A stretch of 64,000 bases of DNA from assembly GCA_977017575.1 (NCBI GenBank), contig CDRNVI010000003.1:744001-808000 (forward strand). The letters run 5' to 3'. This DNA comes from Paramoeba atlantica. Lineage: Eukaryota; Protista; Discosea. A program made the position numbers and the translations under genes. Shown here in pieces: positions 1 through 9,260 of the stretch (positions are counted from its first letter, which is position 1; the number at the start of each line of letters is the position of its first letter). The notes under the pieces are model-generated. The model was not told the DNA's origin, searched no databases, and was given only the letters and a program-made list of their open reading frames with translations.

Positions 1-1372
1 CGTGCAAAGGTAGGTGAGCGTCGTGTGCCTTGGCTAGCCGTGAAGAGCGGCGTGCACAAACAACGGAGTGCCTGCGAAGGTAAGGCACTTCCTCGAAGCA
101 CTTTGCCACGTGCTCCGAGGTTACAGCACTGGGAGACGTGCTGAGACTCTCTGCGTCCCGAGAGCCCTTGCCGTTGTAATACTGCTTGCGTTGTAGCGCA
201 ACAGTGATTCGACGTTGAGGTGTTTCGTGAGGTTCTGGACGTCCTCCATCCTGAGATTCCCGAGGGAGATCTCGTGGAATAGGTAAGTAATTGCACCTCT
301 TTTTATGGAATGTGTTCCATACCCCGGACCGAGAAGTTGATTCATCCTGTGGTCCATCTCCCGGACCGTCGTGTAACACAGGCGCTGGCCTGGTCTCAAA
401 CTTCCCACAAACTGAGCCAGTTCGGGTGTCCCCGGTCCAGTCACTATCGCGTAGAGGTACGGCCGGTAAGGATTCAGACGGGTTGTCTTGGTCCCCCTGC
501 CCCAATAAATGATTACCTCGTGACTGGCCACACTCACGAACTGCTCCCGCCTCAGGTCGGCGGTCTCGGTCCATCTCGCAGCGGCTTTCCAACACAGGAG
601 GCAACACATGCTCTCCTTTACGTCGAGATGACGTCTCAGCTTCTTTAGAAGAAGTGGCGTGATTGGTAGCATCTGCCGCGTGGGTTCTAGCCCCCCCTGC
701 GCTTGCAGGGCCTTTACGTAGAGACTCAATGGGGTACCTTCGATTCCCATGAGCTCGAACAGAGTCCTCAATGCCCCTGCGTACCCCATGCGCGTCGAGG
801 TAGCGAGAGGCAGAGTCTCCAGGAAGAGCACCGCGTTTGCAGGATTCGCGGTGATTCCCTTCGCCTGGCAATACTCGCGCAGGCGGAACCACAGTCGCTC
901 CCTTGTGGCCCACGTGGCCGTTGCCCACATGGGCTGGAGCGCCTCGCCCAATTGAGTGGCGCGCGGGTCCTCGGGGGGCATTCGAAGAATCGCCCTCAGC
1001 AGCTCCTGGCGGCGTCCTCCTGGAGGCTGCGCGGCGTCGGCGGTTACGACGGCAGCGGTTTTGGCGGCGGCGGTCTTGGCGGCGGTGTAAACGGGAACGG
1101 GAAGCCGGGGTAGAGGACGGATTGGGAGGGAGACGCTTCTGCGCCTTAGACGTAACGGGGAGAGAGGGCGGGGAGGAGGAGTAGTGCCACGCACGCGTGG
1201 CCGTCTTTCGCGCTGGCGGAGAGACGGGGAGGAAACGGGGGTAAGAATATCCACCCGTCGTCGCCTGGGACGACGGGCACGAGCAGTAATTGGGGTGGGG
1301 GGCATTTCCTAGTGGAAAGCCCGTGTTGCGCCGTAACGGTTGGCGCCGCCCACCACCCCGCCGCGAAAATCC
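1..1372 (-). CDS. Pol (RT/RNase H) frame, N-terminal part overlapping YR; runs off the window
   Basis: Bases 120->1 translate to SEHVAKCFEEVPYLRRHSVVCARRSSRLAKAHDAHLPLH, matching the pol ORF at 17956-20868. I did not check every codon of the frame. Confidence 0.75.
121..1305 (-). CDS. Tyrosine recombinase of YR retrotransposon
   Basis: Catalytic R (ARWTE), HxxR (HSIKRGA), H (LTKH) and Y (LLRYN). Confidence 0.9.
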   Translation of the reverse strand: MPPTPITARARRPRRRRVDILTPVSSPSLRQRERRPRVRGTTPPPRPLSPLRLRRRSVSLPIRPLPRLPVPVYTAAKTAAAKTAAVVTADAAQPPGGRRQELLRAILRMPPEDPRATQLGEALQPMWATATWATRERLWFRLREYCQAKGITANPANAVLFLETLPLATSTRMGYAGALRTLFELMGIEGTPLSLYVKALQAQGGLEPTRQMLPITPLLLKKLRRHLDVKESMCCLLCWKAAARWTETADLRREQFVSVASHEVIIYWGRGTKTTRLNPYRPYLYAIVTGPGTPELAQFVGSLRPGQRLCYTTVREMDHRMNQLLGPGYGTHSIKRGAITYLFHEISLGNLRMEDVQNLTKHLNVESLLRYNASSITTARALGTQRVSARLPVL

Positions 1373-2712
1373 TGTTGCGGGGTGCGTGTGGTACGGAACT
1401 GCCCCCCCTGCTGTTGGGACGCTTGGGGGCAGTTCGATCGGAGGTGGCCTGGCTGATGACAGCCAAAACAGAAAGGTCCTTGGCTGCGTCGACGAGGAGC
1501 ACGCTGCGCAGTCCGGCCCCTCAGTTGCTCGTCGACCACAAGCTGACCGTAGCGGTCCTGAGGGTCGTCGTCACGGTGCAACTGCTGTTGCACACGTTCG
1601 ACTGCAACGCCCGCCGCAGCCCAATAATGGTTGCGAAGCTCTTCGATGATGAGAAGGGCTACGGCGAGGTTGTGCTTCTCTAGCCATCCCTCCGTATTGC
1701 ACGCAGCGTACACCCATTCAGTTAACATCTTGAACAGGCGCTCACGCTGCGGCGGAGGGTTGAAGCGTACCCCAAGCTGCGGAGCTTCGCGCAGCTCACG
1801 GATGAGTTCACGTGGCTTGAACAAATCATCCGTGTCGATCCACGGTTGCCAAGTAACCGGATCGTAGGGGGAGAAGCCTTTCGGGTCCGTAATACGGACG
1901 CGTTCAAACGTGGGGATCAGATCTTCAACTGGTTTCCCACCCGGCATCTGCGCCCGAACATGGGCCAGTTCCAAGGAGTGGTAGTTGATCTCGGGATGGG
2001 GAAAACGATAGGCAGTGTTCTTGTCCCCATCCCACTCGGCGAACAACTCAGTTGAGTTAGGGTCCTTAGGATGCGTCATATGCACCAACCCTATAACCGT
2101 CTGCCGTAGGCCGTCACGGGGAAGGGACCATACAGCCTCGACGGTGACCTCGTAGTCCTTGCGCAGAAGCTCAATCACTTTCGTGATGAACTCTTCTTTG
2201 CTGGATTGTGTCATGATCCCACGCGCATCACAGCGTGAACGCTGAGGCAACTCGACGTGGTCAATGTCAAGGGCCTCGTAACGGCGCGGCGAGCGAGAAG
2301 CCTCAACCTGGTCGGGGTTAAGGGTTCCTCTTCGTCGCATATGGGGCTCGGGAGCCTCCAGCGGAAAAGGGTACGGGCTAGGGAGGGAGCTCGCAGGCAA
2401 ACTGGGAAGGTTGGAAGGGAGAGGGCTAGGCGGTTCGCGGGCGGGGCTGAGTGCTCTTCCTGAAGGGCGTACCTTTCGGCGCGCTGGGACAGGAGTAGGG
2501 GGAATCGGAGGAGGTCGCGCGGATACCTGCGGAGCCGGCTGCGTGGGGAGAGGGGGGAGAGGGGGGCGCACGGGAGGGCACGAAAGGGACTGACGCTTAG
2601 AATGGTCTTGGACGGAGGAGGTCTGAATGGGTGTCGGCGCCCTATTCCGCTTCGGTGATCTATCGCGCTCCTGGCGTGGCTCCGACGGAGCCCGTAAACG
2701 TTGGGATCTCAT
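1309..2712 (-). CDS. Gag-like protein, likely start MRSQRLR
   Basis: C-terminal CFGCHQPGHLRSNC (CX2CX4HX4C); homologous to ORFs 7838-8965 and 20715-21779. The upstream part of track ORF 1309-2922 is only the terminal repeat read in frame. Confidence 0.85.
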   Translation of the reverse strand: MRSQRLRAPSEPRQERDRSPKRNRAPTPIQTSSVQDHSKRQSLSCPPVRPPLPPLPTQPAPQVSARPPPIPPTPVPARRKVRPSGRALSPAREPPSPLPSNLPSLPASSLPSPYPFPLEAPEPHMRRRGTLNPDQVEASRSPRRYEALDIDHVELPQRSRCDARGIMTQSSKEEFITKVIELLRKDYEVTVEAVWSLPRDGLRQTVIGLVHMTHPKDPNSTELFAEWDGDKNTAYRFPHPEINYHSLELAHVRAQMPGGKPVEDLIPTFERVRITDPKGFSPYDPVTWQPWIDTDDLFKPRELIRELREAPQLGVRFNPPPQRERLFKMLTEWVYAACNTEGWLEKHNLAVALLIIEELRNHYWAAAGVAVERVQQQLHRDDDPQDRYGQLVVDEQLRGRTAQRAPRRRSQGPFCFGCHQPGHLRSNCPQASQQQGGQFRTTRTPQQDFRGGVVGGANRYGATRAFH

Positions 2713-2891
2713 ACACAAAACTTTAAACGTAACAAAATAACAACCTAACAAGAATATAACAAACGAGTAAACACCCCCCTCCATGCAATTAGAGAATACT
2801 ACATCATAATTTGAGAAAATTATGTGCCCCGAAGGGCCAGCAGGCAAATATATAGCCGCCCCTCGGCTAAATTTCAAAACGTGAACTATTA

Positions 2892-4109
2892 AGGGTGGAT
2901 CGTGGCTGCGCACGCAGAGCACTCATAGTAACTGAACTGACGAGGTTCACGTTCACACGGCAAGCCAGCTCGGAGGCATAGCTCGTAAAGGTAGCGAACA
3001 AGGGCATGATGCTTCGTAGTTACATTGTGTCCTGCACATTTGACGCATCCAGGTATGTGGGTTAGCGCTTCCGAGGAGCTTAGGAGCTTTTTGCATCCCG
3101 GGCATAGCAACGAGTTTGGCAGTTGTGGGTGGCTTATTTTTAGTCGTGACATGATGTTTAGCGTGTAGATGTGCGAAGGAATGATTTTGCGATTCCCGAT
3201 AAGCCATTCATAGCTCCCTTTCTTGCTGCAAGCTTTAATCGTCGGAGCCCACTCCTTGTTTTTGAGAAAATTTGTCTGGATTTCTGTGGCTCTTTTGGTC
3301 TCCGTCACCACCTCGTCCTCAGGTGTCTTATGTGATTCCTCCAACGTCCCTGCAGGTGCTGGCGGTTCCATGCGTTGTGCCATCCGAGCTGAAAAGGTTT
3401 TTTGATGCTCAAAAACGGCATGTCGCGATGAAGTGTACGCAGTGTTCCGCAAGGGTTCTGTTGCTGGAATACCCAATCCCCCTTTCTTTAAAGGTAGTCT
3501 TGCTATCATTTCTTGCTCTGGACTCAGAGGTCCCAACCACGATGTGACGACATTCTTGATCTCGTGGTCAAATTTTTGCGCTAGCTCAAGTGAGGCCTCT
3601 GGTTTATGTACCCGTACGTGATAACGGTGCCGAACGTTTACGCTGCGCGATAGCAAAAGCAGGGACGCGTTGTTGGCACCCATCTTTTTAAGACGTCTGA
3701 ATATCGTATGGTGTTTTTCCAGCGTTCGGATTAATTCGGATCCTATGCGCTGTTCCTGCCCAACGAATGCACCCAGTACTTTAATGACTTCGCTCTCTGT
3801 ACGCACACCTTCTTCTTTGAGTGTTGATGGAATGGGGGCGTCGCTTTTCCCTTCAAACCAGATGCATTTTTCGTTATTGAGTTGAATTCCTTTAGTGAGA
3901 AGCAGGGTTTGTAACCGGTGGTATGCCGCCTCGACCTCTTTTCCACTAGGAGAAGTGAGGCTGACGTCGTCGACGTAAGCTAGAACTTTGACGTTTGGAA
4001 ATTCCTGCGCTATGGTCTCCAACATGGGTTGCAGAAAGCAGCAAAAGAAAACCGTCGACAGTGGGGAGCATTGACGAACACCTGCATTGCTCTCAAGTAC
4101 GCTGTACAA
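2892..4109 (-). pseudogene. CRE-like non-LTR RT fragment (CRE-B), internally deleted and cut by YR-A
   Basis: GVRQ(C)SPLS, YVDD, LPLKKGGLGI and CPGC..H..GC motifs. Confidence 0.85.
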
Positions 4110-4148
4110 GGAGATGACATATTAGTTAACCGTTTAACGAAAAATATT

Positions 4149-4183
4149 CAACAAGGTACAGAAGTTTCAACAAGGTACAGAAA
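4149..4183 (-). other. Two tandem 3' fragments of the SL exon
   Basis: The minus strand reads TTTCTGTACCTTGTTG-aaa-CTTCTGTACCTTGTTG-aatattt, with no GT donor after either copy. Confidence 0.75.
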
Positions 4184-4254
4184 TTCATAAAGAATATTTT
4201 CTTGTAGCATATAAAAAGGGGGGGAGGGATATAAAAGGGGTTAAAAAAGATAAG

Positions 4255-4957
4255 GAATTGCTCATCATCCGATGGTAGAAAGGTAACAAAAATAAACTCT
4301 CAAAACTTAACAAACATACACTTTCTATAAAGCTCACACTACTGTTCGAAACCAAGAATCCATATTCAAACACTATAATTAACTCATAAACAAGACGTCA
4401 TGACTATAACCAAAGAAAACAAAGTAACCTTCCCATCACACAACTTCTCACCTCTCAGCTTGCGAACGGGTCACGCGGGGAGTGGTTTGGGGGTTGGTGG
4501 GTGGGGAAACTTTAATCGCGAATAAATCAAACAGACGCTAAATGAATCAAAATCTCAAATTCAATGTCAAATATATATCATCACTATATCATCTTTCGCC
4601 ACTATATCATATTATATTTCGTGGACAATAATTCGGGGGGAGATTTGTTTCGGGGGGAAAACCCCCGGTAGGGGGCATCCTGAATAATGACGTCCCATCT
4701 CCTTTGATCAATTCTTATCGTAAACTTTAAGAATTGCTCATCATCCGATGGTAGAAAGGTAACAAAAATAAACTCTCAAAACTTAACAAACATACACTTT
4801 CTATAAAGCTCACACTACTGTTCGAAACCAAGAATCCATATTCAAACACTATAATTAACTCATAAACAAGACGTCATGACTATAACCAAAGAAAACAAAG
4901 TAACCTTCCCATCACACAACTTCTCACCTCTCAGCTTGCGAACGGGTCACGCGGGGA
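4255..4957 (-). repeat. 3' split-repeat block B1-A2-spacer-B2 of YR-B
   Basis: Direct sequence match between the paired repeats; 24-bp spacer at 4482-4505. Confidence 0.9.
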
Positions 4958-5147
4958 CCACCCATTCGCACGTACTCCAATCACCCAATCGCTTGTATGG
5001 CAGATAAATCCGGTGCCTACTCCAGACGTACCTCCCATTACAAAACATTTTTAATATTTATATATAAGAGATATAGATATAATATGAACTATATGCTAGA
5101 ACTACTTTTTTTTTTTTTTTTTAATTTCATGTTGTCCAAAGTCTCTG

Positions 5148-7889
5148 CTATAATCTACTATACGGATCCGCAGGGTTATCCTCAGAACGAATATACTGCG
5201 CTTGGACTGCGATACCTCTCTTCTGCAAATAATTCAACAACCTACGAAGCTCTTCCGTGATCCCATCCGAGCTTGATACTTTCCGATTGACTGCAGCAAC
5301 GCAAGATGTATTATCCACAAACAGGTCTACACACGTTCCTTTCTCAAAATGTTGCCCGTACTTTTCAAATGCCAATCGCACTGCGCGGGCCTCCGCTCTG
5401 TTTACTTCATACTCAAATTGCTGAGGCCACTGTGCACCTGTGCACAACATCTGACCGTAGTCAAGATACAACACTGCGCCCCACCCCGTGGACGATGCGT
5501 CAGTACACAAAACATGCTGATGCGGAACTGTGTCCGGATGACACGGTGGATCAACAGGAGGTCGATGTAATAGAGCATCACGCCATTCCGTAAGAGTAAC
5601 CCGCACAGGGGTCGGTAAAGGTACTTGCTGGTCAAGAAGAGACGGTTCTCTGTTCAGCCGATTAATTCTACGGCGTACAATTTTTAATTCGAGATGAAAC
5701 TGTGGTAAATGCATACCCATCACCGCTGACGCAAAAATCATTCGACCCACCGCTGACTCCAAAGAACCATACGTTGCTGTAGCAAAATCGTCCTGCGTTA
5801 GACGGCGCGTTAATTTTGGACCTAACGATACCTTTCCTAGGCCATGGTGATACGTGATACCATTAAACGTGTAGGTCTGCGATGGAGGGGCTCCGGCATC
5901 CTTAAAACGCGCATTGACTTCCCTAGCCCGGTTGTCTACGAACCTGACGTATTGTTCAGCGATCACTTCGCTCCCCGCAAAACGGATACCATCTATATAA
6001 ACATCGGCATTATCTGAAGAAAACGCGGCATCCGCGGTACAAAATTGCTTATCCCCTGCCAGCGTCGCTGTTAGTACATGCATTATTTCGGGTGCACACC
6101 GATGCCCCATAGGCATTACATTCATTTCAAACAAATCGCCTTTCGCATCCTTAAATCGAAACTTCTCTCTACATGTTAAAGGAATAACCACTTGCCAAAA
6201 TCCACACGCTAAGTCGCGCTTCACCGCCGTTTGTTCTTTTACACGATGCAAATAGTACGCTGCATGCTTTAACTCAACATGAGGATGATACGTTTCCTTA
6301 ATTCGCTCGTTGTCACCTTGCGTCCAAGCAATGAAACGCCGTCGCTCCGACCCATCTTCGGCGGGCTCAACAACCGTAAAAGGAATTACCCAATCCCGCG
6401 ACGGGCGCTTTGCAGCCTCGGCGGTAGTAACTCGTGTAATGAAGCCTTGGGCTTCCAACAATTCTACGTCACTAGCTGGTAAAAAAGATTTAAATTTCGG
6501 AGCGGGAGCTCGCTCATCGGGAACTTCTAACATCATTTTCCACGTCTGATCAAAACACATACGTTGCTCTTCGTTCATCATTCCTCGTAGTTTACGAATA
6601 TCCATCTGTGGAATCCCACTTTTGATATGCAAAGGAAGACCAAAATCTTTCGCGGTCGCCGCTTTAGACGTGCGACGCGTGCGTGTTATAGTATGTCTTA
6701 CCTTTTCTGCTGGAACATCATCAATGTACTTGCTAAAAACAAGTTCCTCTTCTACCATATGTGCAGCTTTCTGGTCGCTTTCTGGGTCCCGAGGGCTAAC
6801 GCCGTTGTCACTGGGTCGGAATTGTACCGGAGTAACGATTCGATTGACTGGTGCTTTGCGAGGTGCTGTACCTCGTCGAGACGGACGTTGCCGTCGGCAA
6901 CCTGCTTGAACAACTGCGTAATGGCCCCACGCTTTGCCGAATGAGTCCCGTATCCGCTGCCGAGAATTTTGCGTATCTTCGAATCCGCCTCCGTCACCGT
7001 TGCGCGTGACATTGGTTGGAGGTGTCCGAGTTTGTGTATGTATAACGCCAGGCGATGTGTTCCCTCGCCCTCTACCACCGTATACATTGAGGGCCGATAC
7101 GGGTTCAGACGGGACGTCTTTGTCTTCCGTCCCCACCAAATTACAATTCGCGTTGCGGATACCTCGTAAAAACGATCCCTGGTGAGCGTTGCTGTCTCCG
7201 TCCAACGGCTTGCCGCTTTCCAACACAGCAGCAATGTATGTTTTTCGCTTGACGGTAGGTGGATCCATAACATGTTCAATTGCGTGGGGGTGAGGGGAGA
7301 CATCTGTCGGAACGGCTCTGCCGCTCCCTCGGCCATGAGGGATTTGATGTAAAAACGCAGGGGATTGGTTTGCATGCCGGCCATGCTTAGTATCGCCGCT
7401 ACGCTCCGCGCGTAAGTCAACTTTCCCTGAATTTTGATCGGCATTTCGGCGATGAAAGTCACGGCGTGCAACGGAGTTATTGGAATTCCCTTCCAATTGC
7501 AGAATGTTGTTAGACGCTCCCACAGCCTGGCTCTGGCCTGCCACGTGGAGACGCTCCACATCTCCGACATTGCGTCCAATGCAGTGCGTACTTCTGGTGT
7601 GAGCACATTCACTCCCATTAGCAACTTCATGAGGCTTAGTCGCGCTGGAGCGGTCTGTTGAAGACTCAAAGTACCGTTGTATAATTCTCCTGAGGTGATC
7701 AATCTCCCTTTTAAGTTCACCGAGTTGGGCGTATACTCCATGCTGCTTATTTTCCTTCTCTTCATCACTTGCGTAGAAATTACTGTAATTCGACGTTTGA
7801 ATTTTATGACAGTACTGGCCGTTAGGGTGGGGTCGTTTCAAAGACTCTTGCTGCTTGAAGCAGGGCCAGCCACCCGCGCCCGAAAACCC
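5148..7889 (-). CDS. Pol: reverse transcriptase + RNase H (DIRS/VIPER type), N-terminal third overlapping YR
   Basis: KRDLACGFWQ, MPMGHRCAP, YIDG; RNase H motifs TDAS..GWG, NRAEARA, FVDN, NPAD. Confidence 0.9.
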   Translation of the reverse strand, partial: GFSGAGGWPCFKQQESLKRPHPNGQYCHKIQTSNYSNFYASDEEKENKQHGVYAQLGELKREIDHLRRIIQRYFESSTDRSSATKPHEVANGSECAHTRSTHCIGRNVGDVERLHVAGQSQAVGASNNILQLEGNSNNSVARRDFHRRNADQNSGKVDLRAERSGDTKHGRHANQSPAFLHQIPHGRGSGRAVPTDVSPHPHAIEHVMDPPTVKRKTYIAAVLESGKPLDGDSNAHQGSFLRGIRNANCNLVGTEDKDVPSEPVSALNVYGGRGRGNTSPGVIHTQTRTPPTNVTRNGDGGGFEDTQNSRQRIRDSFGKAWGHYAVVQAGCRRQRPSRRGTAPRKAPVNRIVTPVQFRPSDNGVSPRDPESDQKAAHMVEEELVFSKYIDDVPAEKVRHTITRTRRTSKAATAKDFGLPLHIKSGIPQMDIRKLRGMMNEEQRMCFDQTWKMMLEVPDERAPAPKFKSFLPASDVELLEAQGFITRVTTAEAAKRPSRDWVIPFTVVEPAEDGSERRRFIAWTQGDNERIKETYHPHVELKHAAYYLHRVKEQTAVKRDLACGFWQVVIPLTCREKFRFKDAKGDLFEMNVMPMGHRCAPEIMHVLTATLAGDKQFCTADAAFSSDNADVYIDGIRFAGSEVIAEQYVRFVDNRAREVNARFKDAGAPPSQTYTFNGITYHHGLGKVSLGPKLTRRLTQDDFATATYGSLESAVGRMIFASAVMGMHLPQFHLELKIVRRRINRLNREPSLLDQQVPLPTPVRVTLTEWRDALLHRPPVDPPCHPDTVPHQHVLCTDASSTGWGAVLYLDYGQMLCTGAQWPQQFEYEVNRAEARAVRLAFEKYGQHFEKGTCVDLFVDNTSCVAAVNRKVSSSDGITEELRRLLNYLQKRGIAVQAQYIRSEDNPADPYSRL
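6752..7837 (-). CDS. Tyrosine recombinase; frame open from the gag stop, first ATG at 7768
   Basis: ASRWTE, HSAKRGA, LAKH, LLRYN. In frame with gag. Confidence 0.9.
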   Translation of the reverse strand, partial: NDPTLTASTVIKFKRRITVISTQVMKRRKISSMEYTPNSVNLKGRLITSGELYNGTLSLQQTAPARLSLMKLLMGVNVLTPEVRTALDAMSEMWSVSTWQARARLWERLTTFCNWKGIPITPLHAVTFIAEMPIKIQGKLTYARSVAAILSMAGMQTNPLRFYIKSLMAEGAAEPFRQMSPLTPTQLNMLWIHLPSSEKHTLLLCWKAASRWTETATLTRDRFYEVSATRIVIWWGRKTKTSRLNPYRPSMYTVVEGEGTHRLALYIHKLGHLQPMSRATVTEADSKIRKILGSGYGTHSAKRGAITQLFKQVADGNVRLDEVQHLAKHQSIESLLRYNSDPVTTALALGTQKATRKLHIW

Positions 7890-8965
7890 TGCTGGAAACG
7901 TTTTGGGCAATTACGCCACAAGTGCTCTGGGGATTGACACCCGAAACATAATAACTTGCGTTGAGAGAAATTAGACGGACGCGGCTGGGCTTGACCATAA
8001 TGTGCGGTAGAATAAACGTGAGCAGATGAATGAGCGACTGCGCGGGAGTGTTGCTTTTGACGTTCCACCAATTGTTCATTTACGTGGTGGTAAAACTTAT
8101 CATTGGGCCGCACTTCTTTTTGCAGCTTCTGGTGAACCAATTCGACATCTACCTGGCGAGCCTGCCAATACGCATCGCGAAGAGTCTGAATGATTGCACG
8201 TCCCATTTCCAGATAGGGTCCTTCGTTCCAATTAGGGATCATCCGGGCAAAAAGAATCCACTTGCAGAAAACATTATTAAAAAATCGCTCCTGGCGTATG
8301 ACGAATCCTCGATCCTGGTAATACTGATTTACACGGAGTCCATATTCCGGCGCGTCGCGGAGCTCACGCATCAAGTCTCTCGTTCGAAAGCCTCCATCAT
8401 CGAAATAATTAATCCACGGACCAAAAGTAATAGGCTCATACGGATCTAATGCGTTAGGATCAACTCCTTCCGGGATTTGTGCATTGGGATCGCTACTCAG
8501 TTGCGACGTTGGACATATTGGCCGTGCCCCCAGTTCTTCATGTAGCTCTTGGGTCGGAGGTTCATTTACATCCTGCGCTTCCTGAGCACTTAGGGGTCTT
8601 CGCCGAGACAGCTTTCGTTGTTCAACGAGATTCACTTCAAAATAATCTAAGTCGGGGTGTGGAAACTCGTACTCCTTCGAAGGCTTATCTTCCCATACCC
8701 CCCATAACTTTAAGCCCTCCTTACGTAACTTACCATATAACGTTTGTCGCTTGCCGGAAACATCATCCTTACGACGAAAGGTAGCCATCACATGGGCCGA
8801 CGGATTATCTCCCTGCATACCTGTCAATGTTTCGCGGGCCATCGTGGCAACTAAACTAAGCTCTTGCGGATTAAGCGGCTCGGTAGGCTCGAGCTGCTGC
8901 CCCGCCGGGGAAGAACTACGGGAAGATCGTAAGGTACGGGTATCCGGACCGTCGATGAGCGGCAT
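7838..8965 (-). CDS. Gag-like protein
   Basis: CFGCQSPEHLWRNC knuckle; YDPY/PITF..W region shared with the other gags. Confidence 0.85.
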   Translation of the reverse strand: MPLIDGPDTRTLRSSRSSSPAGQQLEPTEPLNPQELSLVATMARETLTGMQGDNPSAHVMATFRRKDDVSGKRQTLYGKLRKEGLKLWGVWEDKPSKEYEFPHPDLDYFEVNLVEQRKLSRRRPLSAQEAQDVNEPPTQELHEELGARPICPTSQLSSDPNAQIPEGVDPNALDPYEPITFGPWINYFDDGGFRTRDLMRELRDAPEYGLRVNQYYQDRGFVIRQERFFNNVFCKWILFARMIPNWNEGPYLEMGRAIIQTLRDAYWQARQVDVELVHQKLQKEVRPNDKFYHHVNEQLVERQKQHSRAVAHSSAHVYSTAHYGQAQPRPSNFSQRKLLCFGCQSPEHLWRNCPKRFQQGFRARVAGPASSSKSL

Positions 8966-9260
8966 AAAGAAACTTTAATCGCGAATAAATCAAACAGACG
9001 CTAAATGAATCAAAATCTCAAATTCAATGTCAAATATATATCATCACTATATCATCTTTCGCCACTATATCATATTATATTTCGTGGACAATAATTCGGG
9101 GGGAGATTTGTTTCGGGGGGAAAACCCCCGGTAGGGGGCATCCTGAATAATGACGTCCCATCTCCTTTGATCAATTCTTATCGTAAACTTTAACTGGCTG
9201 CTCGCGCTCGATCTGGTCAAATCTTCGGATTTGACTTGCGTGCTGCGTGGCACGGCTCCT

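Larger units (their letters stand above)
1..2891 (-). mobile_element. Tyrosine-recombinase retrotransposon, element YR-A (gag-YR-RT order, VIPER/TATE-like), cut by the left window edge
   Basis: Gag with CCHC knuckle, YR with HSIKRG and LLRYN motifs, and a pol frame homologous to the element at 17159-21985. The 5' A repeat (2714-2891) recurs at 22158-22335. Confidence 0.9.
4255..9193 (-). mobile_element. Complete YR retrotransposon YR-B (4939 bp) with split direct repeats A1..B1-A2-B2
   Basis: A1 8969-9193 matches A2 4506-4730 (225 bp); B1 4731-4957 matches B2 4255-4481 (227 bp). Gag, YR and RT/RNase H ORFs are open. Confidence 0.95.

Noticed and set aside
121-1305. Prophage or bacterial integrase
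   Set aside because: The YR sits between a CCHC gag and an RT/RNase H frame of a repeat-bounded retroelement in a genome with SL RNA.
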